Shown in pieces: positions 55,168 to 64,000 of a stretch of DNA of 64,000 nt (positions are counted from its first letter, which is position 1; every line of letters begins with the position of its first letter). A program made the translations under genes and the position numbers. The notes under the pieces were generated by a model. It was not told where the DNA came from. It saw only the letters and a list, made by a program, of their open reading frames with translations, and did not search any database. This stretch comes from Terriglobia bacterium (GTDB taxonomy: Bacteria; Acidobacteriota; Terriglobia; Bryobacterales; Bryobacteraceae), in assembly GCA_963830415.1 (NCBI GenBank), contig CAWHMG010000004.1:13436-77435 (forward strand), in the 5' to 3' direction.

Positions 55168-56781
55168 ATGAACTTCCAGAAGTGTGGTTTGCTGAGTCTG
55201 CTACCGGCTCTCTTGTTTTCGCAGGAGCCGAGTCCCATGCAGTCGGTCGGGCAGCAGCAGCCGGAGAACAGTCAAAGCAATCCCATCTTTCGGGTTCAGG
55301 TGGTTTCCCGTTCGGTATCAGCGGTAACCTATCGCAATCGCAGCGGCTGGACCAAAGTCGATTTTCAAGGCACTTCGCTTGCTCCGCAGGCCAAAGGCAG
55401 CGCAAATGTGCGGAGCCAGTCCGGATACATGCAGGTGAAAGTCGACGTGAGAAACCTTCCGTCAGCCCGGAATTTTGGTGAGCTCTATTTAACGTATGTG
55501 TTGTGGGCTATCACGCCTGATGGCCGTCCCTACAATTTGGGCGAGGTCCTGGTCGACTCGAACGGCACTTACAGCGGACAGATGACCACGCAGTTACAGG
55601 CATTCGGGCTAATCATCACGGCGGAACCCTATTTCAACGTACATCAGCCGAGCGACGTTGTCGTGATGGAGAATGTTGTCCTGAACAGCACTCAGGGCAA
55701 AACGCAGGCCATCGATGCCAATTTTCAGTTGTTGCCCCGTGGGCAATATACCTACCATGTTCCCGAATCTGAGCTGAAGCCGGTTGATCTGAATTCGAGT
55801 AAGAAGAGTCCGCTGGAAATATACGAAGCTCAGAATGCGGTGCAGATCGCGAAGTATGCCAAAGCCGATCAATATGCGAGCGAGCAGTACAAGCAGGCGC
55901 AAAGTTTATGGCAGCAAGCGCAGGACTACCAGGATCGCAAGCAGTGGAAGCCGGCCATCATGACGGCCCGCGAAGCAGTGCAAAAGGCCGAAGATGCCCG
56001 TACCATCTCTCTGCGGAACCAGCAACAACTGGCTTTACAGAATGAGCGCGACCAGGCGGCAGCTCGCCAGGCGGCAGCCCAGCAGCGAGTCGCTGAAGAG
56101 GCTAAACGCGCGCAGGAAGCACAGCAGCAAGCGCAACTCGAAGCTCAGCAGCGGGCCCAAGCGCAGAAGGCAGAGCAGGAGGCCAATGCGGCGCGGGCGC
56201 AGTCCGCGGCAGAAGCCGAAAAAGCTCAACAGGCAGCCGCAGAAGCTGACCGGTTGCGTAACCAGGCTATAGCGGATAAAAACCAATTGCGCGAGCAGCT
56301 CTTGCAACAGTTCAACGCGGTATTGCCGACCCGCGAAACTCCGCGTGGCTTAGTCGTGAATCTGCAGGATGTTCTGTTTGACACGGGGAAATACACCTTG
56401 AAAACTCCGGCTCAGTTAGCGCTAGCGAGGATCAGCGGCATCGTGGTGTCGCATCCAGGGTTGAATTTGCAAATCGAGGGCTACACGGATAGCACCGGAA
56501 CCATGGAGTTGAACCAGAAGCTCTCCGAGCAGCGCGCGAACGCTGTCCGCGATTTTCTTTTGAACCAGGGTGTGAACACGAACAATATGACCGCGGTAGG
56601 CTATGGCTCCAATTACCCGATCGCGGCGAACGACACTGCCGCAGGGCGCAAGATGAACAGGCGCGTCGAACTGGTTATTTCAGGAGAAGTTATCGGCGTG
56701 AAAATTGGCACTCCGCCGAGTCAGGCTCCGACTGCTCTGGGTGCGCCCGTGAGCCCGACGAATGCGCCGCCTCAGCAATAA
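55168..56781 (+). CDS. OmpA-family protein with N-terminal beta domain, DUF4398-like helix and Q/A-rich coiled coil
   Basis: Signal MNFQKCGLLSLLPALLFSQ. C-terminal OmpA domain VLFDTGKYTLK...IEGYTDSTGT...NQKLSEQRANAV...NRRVELVI. Confidence 0.85.
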   Translation: MNFQKCGLLSLLPALLFSQEPSPMQSVGQQQPENSQSNPIFRVQVVSRSVSAVTYRNRSGWTKVDFQGTSLAPQAKGSANVRSQSGYMQVKVDVRNLPSARNFGELYLTYVLWAITPDGRPYNLGEVLVDSNGTYSGQMTTQLQAFGLIITAEPYFNVHQPSDVVVMENVVLNSTQGKTQAIDANFQLLPRGQYTYHVPESELKPVDLNSSKKSPLEIYEAQNAVQIAKYAKADQYASEQYKQAQSLWQQAQDYQDRKQWKPAIMTAREAVQKAEDARTISLRNQQQLALQNERDQAAARQAAAQQRVAEEAKRAQEAQQQAQLEAQQRAQAQKAEQEANAARAQSAAEAEKAQQAAAEADRLRNQAIADKNQLREQLLQQFNAVLPTRETPRGLVVNLQDVLFDTGKYTLKTPAQLALARISGIVVSHPGLNLQIEGYTDSTGTMELNQKLSEQRANAVRDFLLNQGVNTNNMTAVGYGSNYPIAANDTAAGRKMNRRVELVISGEVIGVKIGTPPSQAPTALGAPVSPTNAPPQQ

Positions 56782-56792
56782 GCGCGGACCGT

Positions 56793-58178
56793 TCAAAACT
56801 GCTCTTCCACTATGAATTGTTCGAACTTCCCGTCGGGCATGAGGTAGATGTTCAAGGCAACGGTGTTCTTCTCGAAGTGGGCGCGATAGCTGAGGTGCCG
56901 CATGCCGCCTCGCAGAGTATCGGACTGACGACTTAGAAGCTCTAGTTTCCCGAGCGGCTCCAACGAGCTTCTGTAATCCCTGAGAGCCGTCTCGGAAAAA
57001 TAGGAACTTGCATTCTCGGTAAGCATGGAGCGGTCGATGCGACCCTGTTGCAACCCGTCCAAAATGCCGCGTACTTCGCGATCCTGCTTCTCGGTCGCGG
57101 CATGGTCTGGGTCAATCAAAAGCGCCGCAATTAGCTGGCTGAGTGGCCCGATCAGATTTACGCCGTCTTCATTTGTGAGGACTACTGCCGCCACATGTTT
57201 TTCAGGAAAGACACTATTGGCAGCCAGGAAGCCCGAGACTTCGCCGCTGTGTGAAATTCTTGGCGTGCCCTGAAACTCGCCTACTTGCAAGCCAAGCGCG
57301 TAACCGGTGCCCTTGCCATTCTTCAGCTTCACCTCGCGGGTGAACTCGTCATAGGAAGCGGGCGAAAGAATACGCTTCGCGAGAAAAGCCTGGTCCCACT
57401 TAGCCAGATCGGAAGGCGTCATGCAGAGCTCACCGGCGGCGAAGTACCAGCCGGGCCCTTCCCGCCCGACCGGCTGCGGCGGCCCGAGCGCGTAGCGCGT
57501 ATAAGAGGATGCGTCCTCCACGCTTTTCACGTCGCAATCACCGGCCGAACTCATCCCAAGCGGCCGAAAGAAGTGCTGTTGAAGATAAGGAAGAAGCTCC
57601 TCGCCCGTTACCTTCTCCAGAATTTTGCCGGCCAGGACGTAATTGGTGTTGCTGTATTGCCATTGCGTTCCGGGATCGAAGTTTAGCGGCTTCTTCGCCC
57701 ACCTGTCGAGGATGGAATCGGGAGTTGTGGGTTTGGTCCAGCTTGGAATCAAGTAGTCTTGCGGAGCGTAATCCTCATAGCCGGATGTGTGTGAAAGCAA
57801 TTGCCGAACGCTCACCTCATTGGCGCGAGTCAGCTTCGGGAAATATTTTGAGACTTTGTCGTCGAGCGCCACCTTTCCCTTCTCCTGCTCCAGAAGCAGC
57901 GCCGCGGCCGTGAATTGCTTGCTGATCGAGCCGACGGCGTACCGGGTATCAAGCCCGGCTGGCTTCTGCTTGGCGAGATCGCTTTCCCCAAAGGCTTTCG
58001 CGTAGACGGTGGCGCCGTCCTTGACGACCGCGACCGATACGCTAGGAACGCCGAAAGCCAATCTTGTCGAAGAGATAGCGCGGTCCAGGTCCTGACTGAG
58101 CGACGGCCCATTCTGTCCGAACGATAATCCGCTCAGCGCGAGCGCAGCAGCAGGCAGAAGCAAATGCTTTCGAAACAT
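56793..58178 (-). CDS. serine hydrolase (beta-lactamase / PBP4*-like family), secreted
   Basis: SxxK = GSISKQFTAA. Start moved to MFRKHLLLPAAALALSG (58178) to give a signal peptide and remove the overlap with the upstream gene. Confidence 0.85.
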   Translation of the reverse strand: MFRKHLLLPAAALALSGLSFGQNGPSLSQDLDRAISSTRLAFGVPSVSVAVVKDGATVYAKAFGESDLAKQKPAGLDTRYAVGSISKQFTAAALLLEQEKGKVALDDKVSKYFPKLTRANEVSVRQLLSHTSGYEDYAPQDYLIPSWTKPTTPDSILDRWAKKPLNFDPGTQWQYSNTNYVLAGKILEKVTGEELLPYLQQHFFRPLGMSSAGDCDVKSVEDASSYTRYALGPPQPVGREGPGWYFAAGELCMTPSDLAKWDQAFLAKRILSPASYDEFTREVKLKNGKGTGYALGLQVGEFQGTPRISHSGEVSGFLAANSVFPEKHVAAVVLTNEDGVNLIGPLSQLIAALLIDPDHAATEKQDREVRGILDGLQQGRIDRSMLTENASSYFSETALRDYRSSLEPLGKLELLSRQSDTLRGGMRHLSYRAHFEKNTVALNIYLMPDGKFEQFIVEEQF

Positions 58179-58194
58179 TCGCCACGCATTTTGC

Positions 58195-59862
58195 TCAGGC
58201 GCGCTTGACCAAAACGATAGTGAAATCATCTGTGAAGCTGCTACTCCCGTGCCAGTTTCTCAAATAATCGACGAGACCGGATACCAGCTCACGGCATGAC
58301 TCTGATTTACGTTGCCAAAGGAAACTAGCTAGCCCATCTTCGCCGAACTCTTCGCCGGAAGGGCTGCACGCTTCGGTGACTCCATCGCTATACAGCGCCA
58401 GCATGTCGCCCGGACCGAGATATGTTTCCCGCAGCTCATAGTGGCTCGTAGGGAAAAGGCCGAGTACCGTTCCGCCTCCAGCAAGTTTCTCGACCGAGCC
58501 ATCGGCCCGCAACAGCAGAGGATAATTATGTCCTGCGTTTGTGTATTTCAAAAGGCCTGTATCCGGATCGAGCAGCGCGTAGAAAAACGTCACGAACCTG
58601 CCTGCCGGGCACCTCTCGGCAAAATTGCGGTTTAGCAGGGTGACAGCTGAGTCGGGCTCCGGGTTCGTTTCACGGAGCATCTGCACGCGAGCCTGCAGGC
58701 TGAACATAAGAACTGCGGCGGGTAGTCCCTTGCCGGAAACATCCGCTACCACAAGCCCTACCCGGCCGTCCGCGTAAGGAACGAAATCGTAATAGTCGCC
58801 GCCCACCGTTTGGCAAGGAAGATTGTGACCGGCTAAATCGTAACCGGAATACACGGGTGCTTCGGTTGGCAACAACATGGCCTGGATCTCGCTGGCTTGC
58901 GAGAGCTCAAGTTCCATGAGCTTTTCAGACTGCTCTACTTCGTTTAACCGTGCATGCTCAATGCGAATAGCCGCGACATTTGCCATCACCGTGAGCAAAT
59001 CGAGATCTTCTTGAGAGAACGGCCGCAGAACGGAGCCGTTGTCAACGTAAATCAGCCCGATGACCCGGTCGCCCGTTTGTAACGGAACTCCCATCATGCT
59101 CCGCACCCGGTGCATCACGATGCTGCGCTGTTGCCGGAGCGCATCATCGAGCTGAGTATCGCTAATCACGAGGGAACAGCGCTGGCGGAGGATACGGTCA
59201 CGCACGGACGTACTGATGAAGAAGCCAGCTCCCTCGCTTGCACGCACCACGAGCTCGCCGTCCTCGAGGGTCATGATGACGCCTCGCTGGGCTTCCATGG
59301 CTGACAAAGAGAGCTTCAGGATGACCTGAAACAACTCGTCCAGGGGGCGGTGTCCGGCAAGCTCCTGGCCAGCTCGGATAAGAGCTCCCACCACACGGGT
59401 CGTATTCAACATTACGTCCCGATCGACTCGCGCGCCAGCGGCAGGGCTCTTGCCAAGTAATTTGTCTAAGCTGGTGACGATTGTTGCTTCCCGCGTGATC
59501 CTTTCCTCTTCCTGGGGAACGAAAGAGATCACCGGCTTTGGAGTCTCAGCCAGATTTTCGCGAACCTCGATCGTCAGGTGGCCGGCATAGATCCGGTCAC
59601 CGTGACGTATCTTGTGCGGCTCCTTTAGACTGGCGGCGTTGACTACCGTGCCATTTCGGCTGGCGCAGTCTTTGACGAACCAGGCGTCGTCATTCTTTTC
59701 GAAAGTCAGATGATAGCGTGAGAGCCAGGGATCCTCCGGATAAGCCAGATCGTTGTCTCCGGAACGGCCGAGAGATAGGACTGGCTTGTGTAATTCGATG
59801 TTTGTCGATGAGCCTTCCGGCCCGGATATCAGTAACTGCATCCCGCTTTTTAAACGTATCAT
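58195..59862 (-). CDS. FHA - GAF - PP2C (SpoIIE-type) serine phosphatase
   Basis: FHA: LSLGRSGDNDLAYPEDPWLSRYHLTF...NGTVVN. Central GAF-like region. PP2C: GGDYYDF...VADVSGKG...YTNAGHNYPLL...LYSDGVTEA. Confidence 0.85.
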   Translation of the reverse strand: MIRLKSGMQLLISGPEGSSTNIELHKPVLSLGRSGDNDLAYPEDPWLSRYHLTFEKNDDAWFVKDCASRNGTVVNAASLKEPHKIRHGDRIYAGHLTIEVRENLAETPKPVISFVPQEEERITREATIVTSLDKLLGKSPAAGARVDRDVMLNTTRVVGALIRAGQELAGHRPLDELFQVILKLSLSAMEAQRGVIMTLEDGELVVRASEGAGFFISTSVRDRILRQRCSLVISDTQLDDALRQQRSIVMHRVRSMMGVPLQTGDRVIGLIYVDNGSVLRPFSQEDLDLLTVMANVAAIRIEHARLNEVEQSEKLMELELSQASEIQAMLLPTEAPVYSGYDLAGHNLPCQTVGGDYYDFVPYADGRVGLVVADVSGKGLPAAVLMFSLQARVQMLRETNPEPDSAVTLLNRNFAERCPAGRFVTFFYALLDPDTGLLKYTNAGHNYPLLLRADGSVEKLAGGGTVLGLFPTSHYELRETYLGPGDMLALYSDGVTEACSPSGEEFGEDGLASFLWQRKSESCRELVSGLVDYLRNWHGSSSFTDDFTIVLVKRA

Positions 59863-59869
59863 CAGTGCG

Positions 59870-61189
59870 CTAAGATCCAGCTGGCGATTGCGTTTTCGCC
59901 ACGGATTCGCGGGCGGCGCTTCCGGTAATCAAGCGCGCTCCGCGATTGAAGGTCAAGTAAAGAAATCCCCATTCGACAAAGACGAGAATGCGGCTTTGGA
60001 ATTCCACGATGTACATCAGATGAATGAATAACCAGACCAACCAAGCAGGAAATCCTGATAGGTGAACTCCGAAAACATTGGCCACCGCGGCGGCCCGTCC
60101 GATGACGGCCAGATCGCCCTTATCGAAGTAATGGAATGGCTGCAAGGCCTGTTCGCCTTTCGCGCGCCTGACAATAGATTTCGCCGCGTACGATCCGCCT
60201 TGCATTGCCACTTGCGCGACACCGGGCAACGGTTTGCCGTCCGCCCTGGTGATGTACGCGAGATCTCCCACGACATAAATCTCCGGATAGCCGGGAATCG
60301 TAAGGTCGCTCGCTACTTTAATCTGGCCGGACTTCTGTGTTTCCGCTCCAGTGCGCTTCGCCAGATGACGGCCGAAATCGGAGACCGCTACTCCCGCTGC
60401 CCAGATCGTTGTGTGCGTTGCAATGTGCTCTTCCACTCCGGACTTGTTTTTCACGGTAACCCCGTTTTCATCGACTTGCGTGACCATCAGGCCGGTTCGC
60501 ACTCGCGCGCCTAATTTAATCAGTTGTTTCTCCGCCTTAGTGGATAAGTCAGCCGGATAAGTGGAAAGCACTCTTGATCCTCCATCCACGACGATGATTC
60601 TGGCGTCCTCGGGACGTATCGACCGGAAGTCATGCTGAAGCGTGTGGTTTGCGATTTCACCGAGCGCCCCCGCCAGTTCGACGCCGGTGGGGCCTGCTCC
60701 AACAATGACGAATGTGAGCCAGACGCGGCGCTCCGCAGGATCTGCTGTGCGCTCAGCCGCTTCAAATGCGAAAAGAATCTTTTGCCGGATGGCCGTCGCG
60801 TCCTCGATTGTCTTCAGGGCTGGCGCCCATGGACTCCAATTGTCATGCCCGAAATAGCTACTCTGCGATCCGCTGGCGACGATGAGGGCATCATAAGGGA
60901 GGCGAATGCTATCACGCAGTATAATTTCGCGCGCCGCCGGATCTATATCGACCGCCTCATCCAGAAGTACACGGGTGTTCTTCTGCTTGCTTAAGACCGA
61001 GCGGAGCGGGGCTGCAATTTCTCCTGGCGAGAGCGATCCGGTTGCAACCTGGTAGAGGAGCGGCTGAAATAAATGGAAGTTACGCTTATCGACCAGCGTT
61101 ACGTCTACTGGCGCACGCTTCAGGGCCTGAGCCGCATAGAGGCCCCCGAAACCGCCCCCTACGATCACTACGCGATGTTGTCCCGTCAT
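59870..61189 (-). CDS. ndh: type II NADH dehydrogenase (NDH-2) family FAD/NAD(P) oxidoreductase
   Basis: VVIVGGGFGGLYAA and FVIVGAGPTGVELAG dinucleotide folds, with C-terminal membrane-associating helices. Confidence 0.85.
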   Translation of the reverse strand: MTGQHRVVIVGGGFGGLYAAQALKRAPVDVTLVDKRNFHLFQPLLYQVATGSLSPGEIAAPLRSVLSKQKNTRVLLDEAVDIDPAAREIILRDSIRLPYDALIVASGSQSSYFGHDNWSPWAPALKTIEDATAIRQKILFAFEAAERTADPAERRVWLTFVIVGAGPTGVELAGALGEIANHTLQHDFRSIRPEDARIIVVDGGSRVLSTYPADLSTKAEKQLIKLGARVRTGLMVTQVDENGVTVKNKSGVEEHIATHTTIWAAGVAVSDFGRHLAKRTGAETQKSGQIKVASDLTIPGYPEIYVVGDLAYITRADGKPLPGVAQVAMQGGSYAAKSIVRRAKGEQALQPFHYFDKGDLAVIGRAAAVANVFGVHLSGFPAWLVWLFIHLMYIVEFQSRILVFVEWGFLYLTFNRGARLITGSAARESVAKTQSPAGS

Positions 61190-61234
61190 TGACTGATCCG
61201 TCGCATGCTTTGTGGATGCCCGTGAGGGCTCTGG

Positions 61235-62842
61235 TTAGGCAGAGAAATCGACCGTAGCCAAAAATTGTGGCTTGGTCCGAGCTTTACTTAACCTTTCGAA
61301 AGCGTAAGCGATCCTGATCAGCTTGGGCTCGCTCCAAGCTTCGCCGAAGAAAGAGATTCCGAGTGGCAAGCCGAACTTGAATCCCGCGGGAACAGTAATA
61401 TGCGGGTAGCCGGCCACGGCAGGCGGGGAGGCGCAGCCGCTATCCACGCGATCGCCATTGACCCAGTCTGTCGTCCAGGCCGGCCCCGCAGTAGGCCCGG
61501 CAATGGCGTCCAATTTGTGTTTCTGTGTCAACATGTCTATGCCGTCTCTCCTGGTCAGGCGGTGACTTTTTTCGAGCGCCTTTTTGTAAGTTTTATCCGT
61601 CAACGGGCCTTTCTCCTGGGCCTGCTCCATGAGTTCCTGCTTGAAGAAAGGCATCTCTTGTCGTTCATGGGCACGATTGAAAGCAATACAATCCGCAAGC
61701 GACTTTACCGCGGCTCCGCGTCCTGCGAGATATGTGTTCAGGTCGGCTTTGAACTCATAAAGGAGAACTTCGGTCTCGGTGTCGCGCCAGGGTTCGAACT
61801 TCGGAAACTCGACGGGATCAATAATTTCGGCTCCTGCTTCCTTCATCAGCGCGATCGAATGGTCCATGACGGCCGTAACTGTTGGGCCGATATTGAAGTA
61901 CTGGCGCGCTATGCCGATGCGCATCCCGCGCAGGCCGTTCGGATCGAGAAACTGAGTGTAGTCCCGGTATGACTTGCCCGCGCTTGCGTCGGTCGCGCCA
62001 TCGCGAGGGTCGATGCCGGTAAGCGCGCCAAGCAGGATTGCCGCGTCCTTCACCGAGCGAGCCATGGGACCCGCTGTATCCTGACTGTGCGCGATCGGAA
62101 CGATGCCCGAACGGCTGATTAGTCCGAGCGTAGGCTTAATACCGACAATGCCGCACATGGCAGCAGGACAAACAACCGATCCGTCTGTTTCCGTACCGAC
62201 CGCAACAGACGAGAGATTTGCCGATACAGCCGCTCCAGAACCCGAGCTGGAGCCGCAAGGATTGCGGTCAAGTGAGTATGGATTCTTGGTTTGACCTCCG
62301 CGGCCGCTCCAGCCGCTAGTTGAATGGGTGGACCGAAAATTTGCCCATTCACTCAAATTCGTTTTGCCCAGCAGTACAGCACCGGCTGCGCGCAGGCGCT
62401 CGACGACGAAGGAATCTCGCGGCGCGGGCTGGCCCACGAGGGCTAAAGACCCCGCAGTCGTTTGCATTTTGTCAGCGGTGTCGATGTTGTCCTTGATCAG
62501 AACGGGAATGCCGTGCAGTGATCCGCGTGCGCGTTTGGTTTTCCGCTCCTCATCAAGGCTCCTGGAAATTGCCAACGCATCAGGGTTCAGCTCGATCACG
62601 GCGCGCAACTCGGGGCCGTTACGGTCAAGTTCGCGGATGCGCTCGAGATAGATTTCGGCAACTCTCTCCGCTGTCAGTTCGCTCCGGGTCATTCGGTCCT
62701 GCAATTCGGAAACGCCGACCTCTTCGAGCGGAAAGTGCTTGAGCGGGGTGATAGTTTTCTGTTCATTAGCTGGTGAAGCTTCACTGAGGCGGCCGGCAAC
62801 AGCCGTGACAAGAGCGTTCGATAAGAATCTACGTCGGTCCAT
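61235..62842 (-). CDS. amidase-signature family amidase with Tat signal
   Basis: MDRRRFLSNALVTAVAG. The GGSSSGSGAAVSA signature and K...S-S catalytic context. Confidence 0.9.
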   Translation of the reverse strand: MDRRRFLSNALVTAVAGRLSEASPANEQKTITPLKHFPLEEVGVSELQDRMTRSELTAERVAEIYLERIRELDRNGPELRAVIELNPDALAISRSLDEERKTKRARGSLHGIPVLIKDNIDTADKMQTTAGSLALVGQPAPRDSFVVERLRAAGAVLLGKTNLSEWANFRSTHSTSGWSGRGGQTKNPYSLDRNPCGSSSGSGAAVSANLSSVAVGTETDGSVVCPAAMCGIVGIKPTLGLISRSGIVPIAHSQDTAGPMARSVKDAAILLGALTGIDPRDGATDASAGKSYRDYTQFLDPNGLRGMRIGIARQYFNIGPTVTAVMDHSIALMKEAGAEIIDPVEFPKFEPWRDTETEVLLYEFKADLNTYLAGRGAAVKSLADCIAFNRAHERQEMPFFKQELMEQAQEKGPLTDKTYKKALEKSHRLTRRDGIDMLTQKHKLDAIAGPTAGPAWTTDWVNGDRVDSGCASPPAVAGYPHITVPAGFKFGLPLGISFFGEAWSEPKLIRIAYAFERLSKARTKPQFLATVDFSA

Positions 62843-62872
62843 GGATAAGCTGTTTCAATTTACACTGGAGAC

Positions 62873-63424
62873 ATGGCAACCACTGCGGCTCCGCCTCTTA
62901 CGATTGAAGAGTTCTCCCGGTTGCCCGGTGACTCGGAGCGGCATGAGATGAGCGAGGGAGAGCTGATTACTATGCCGGCACCTGAATCCCTTCACACGCG
63001 TATCGCTCATGCTGTTTACCGAATCCTGCGTCCCCGATTGGAAGAACATGGCTCCGTTGAAGTTTTTTTAGAAGCCGGCTACGTTCTGTCCCACTCTCCG
63101 CTGACCATTCGGCAACCGGATGTTTCGGTCCTGAGTAAAGAGCGCGTTCTTGCCACGCCGGAAGATAATTATTTCGAAGGAGGCCCCGAGCTTGCTGTTG
63201 AAGTCGTCTCGCCATCGGATTCGGCGGAAGATCTGGAGCTTAAAGCCAAGCAGTATTTGAAGGCCGGCAACAGCGAAGTTTGGGTGCTCTGTCCCAAGAC
63301 GAAGGACATTCATGTGTTCGCGGCATCTGGCGAGGTGAAGGTTCTGGGCGAGGGAGACGTTCTCAGATCCACCGCCCTGCTTCCCGGTTTTTCCGTAAGA
63401 GTCGCGGAGCTTTTCCTTCAATGA
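62873..63424 (+). CDS. Uma2-family (DUF820) endonuclease
   Basis: TIEEFSRLPGDSERHEMSEGELI..., QPDVSVL, PELAVEVVSPSD, K..YL.AG..EVWVL pattern. Confidence 0.8.
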   Translation: MATTAAPPLTIEEFSRLPGDSERHEMSEGELITMPAPESLHTRIAHAVYRILRPRLEEHGSVEVFLEAGYVLSHSPLTIRQPDVSVLSKERVLATPEDNYFEGGPELAVEVVSPSDSAEDLELKAKQYLKAGNSEVWVLCPKTKDIHVFAASGEVKVLGEGDVLRSTALLPGFSVRVAELFLQ

Positions 63425-64000
63425 AAATCATGCGACTGCATGACGGCCGCCTCCCGAAAACTTAGCTCTTCTATGTCGCCCGCCTTCACCGAAATCACGC
63501 CGGTGATACTCTGCAAAATTCCTTTTACCAGAACGTAAGGCGCAGTCGTGCAAGCCTGCCGCTTTCGGTCGAACAGGTCCGGTTGCACGATGATATTCAC
63601 GATCCCTGTTTCGTCTTCCAGGCTCATAAACACGAACCCTTTGGCGGTGCCCGGGCGCTGCCGCGTGATGACGCAGCCGGCCACCTTCAGTAGCATTCCA
63701 TCGCGCTGAGCTTTGGCAGTAGCTGCGTCCATAACGCCCATTTCCCGCACGCGGCCGCGGAAATGCGCCATGGGGTGGACTCCGATACTCAGGCCGCTGT
63801 TGCTGAAGTCGGCAAACGTCCGCTGGCCTTGCGTCATCAGCTCGAGCGGCGATGCCACGCTCTCGTCCACCGCCGGTTCGAGCAGATCTCCTACTGGCTG
63901 CAATGCCAGTTCCGCTTGCCACAATGCACCGCGGCGGTGCCGGTCACTTTTCTGCTTCGGCAAAGCATTCAGGGCGCCTAATTCCGCCAGCGCAGCGATC
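63418..64000 (-). CDS. dnaE2: error-prone DNA polymerase III alpha (DnaE2/ImuC), C-terminal part; gene continues beyond the window
   Basis: The frame stays open to the window edge (...IAALAELGALNALPKQKSDRHRRGALWQAE...). OB-fold segment VAGCVITRQRPGTAKGFVFMSLEDETGIVNIIV. Confidence 0.8.
   Translation of the reverse strand, partial: IAALAELGALNALPKQKSDRHRRGALWQAELALQPVGDLLEPAVDESVASPLELMTQGQRTFADFSNSGLSIGVHPMAHFRGRVREMGVMDAATAKAQRDGMLLKVAGCVITRQRPGTAKGFVFMSLEDETGIVNIIVQPDLFDRKRQACTTAPYVLVKGILQSITGVISVKAGDIEELSFREAAVMQSHDFH

Noticed and set aside
1-64000. CRISPR arrays, tRNA/rRNA genes, transposases, integrases, prophage or classic defence genes
   Set aside because: None found by eye. There are no direct-repeat/spacer periodicity, no tRNA-like T-arm/acceptor patterns in the few ORF-free gaps, and no recombinase or RT motifs in any listed ORF.

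Overview
GC-rich, very gene-dense chromosomal segment with about 48 intact protein-coding genes and 2 decayed genes. I see no rRNA, tRNA, CRISPR array, transposase, integrase or phage genes. All family calls come from motifs read by eye in the supplied translations; no database search was run. The gene content includes a PEP-CTERM/TIGR03118 protein, a FecR + Trp/Gly-rich DUF6600-type protein, many secreted hydrolases, a CheB-CheR-PAS kinase and an FHA-GAF-PP2C phosphatase. This suggests a soil Acidobacteriota-like genome, which is inference only. Layout: (1) 1-12.7 kb holds a TonB receptor, MBL hydrolase, RecQ-like helicase, DedA, two tandem M13 peptidases, an M3 oligopeptidase and a sensor-less histidine kinase. 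(2) 12.8-29.6 kb holds envelope and glycan genes, a response regulator + CheB/CheR/PAS kinase module, MFS + GH127-like genes, cdd and rpmE. (3) 31.2-36.4 kb holds the ligase-associated DNA damage response operon (exonuclease, ATP-dependent ligase, DEXH helicase) without its usual fourth gene. (4) 36.4-38.1 kb is a gene-decay patch. (5) 38.1-43.2 kb holds an FGE-type enzyme followed by a tightly coupled radical SAM / fucose-isomerase-like / Gfo-Idh-MocA operon. (6) 43.2-64 kb holds glnE, an EF-G paralog, a fused metX-metW, transporters, OmpA-family, NDH-2, amidase and Uma2 genes and a partial dnaE2. The window looks like core chromosome rather than a mobile or defence island, and I found no clear-cut new multi-gene system. 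The best candidates for something undescribed are three. First, a promoter-to-terminator structured RNA of about 225 nt just upstream of rpmE. Second, the radical SAM-led three-gene sugar-type operon. Third, the small-protein / REC / CheB-CheR-PAS-kinase / secreted-protein module. All three are hypotheses that need searches or experiments.
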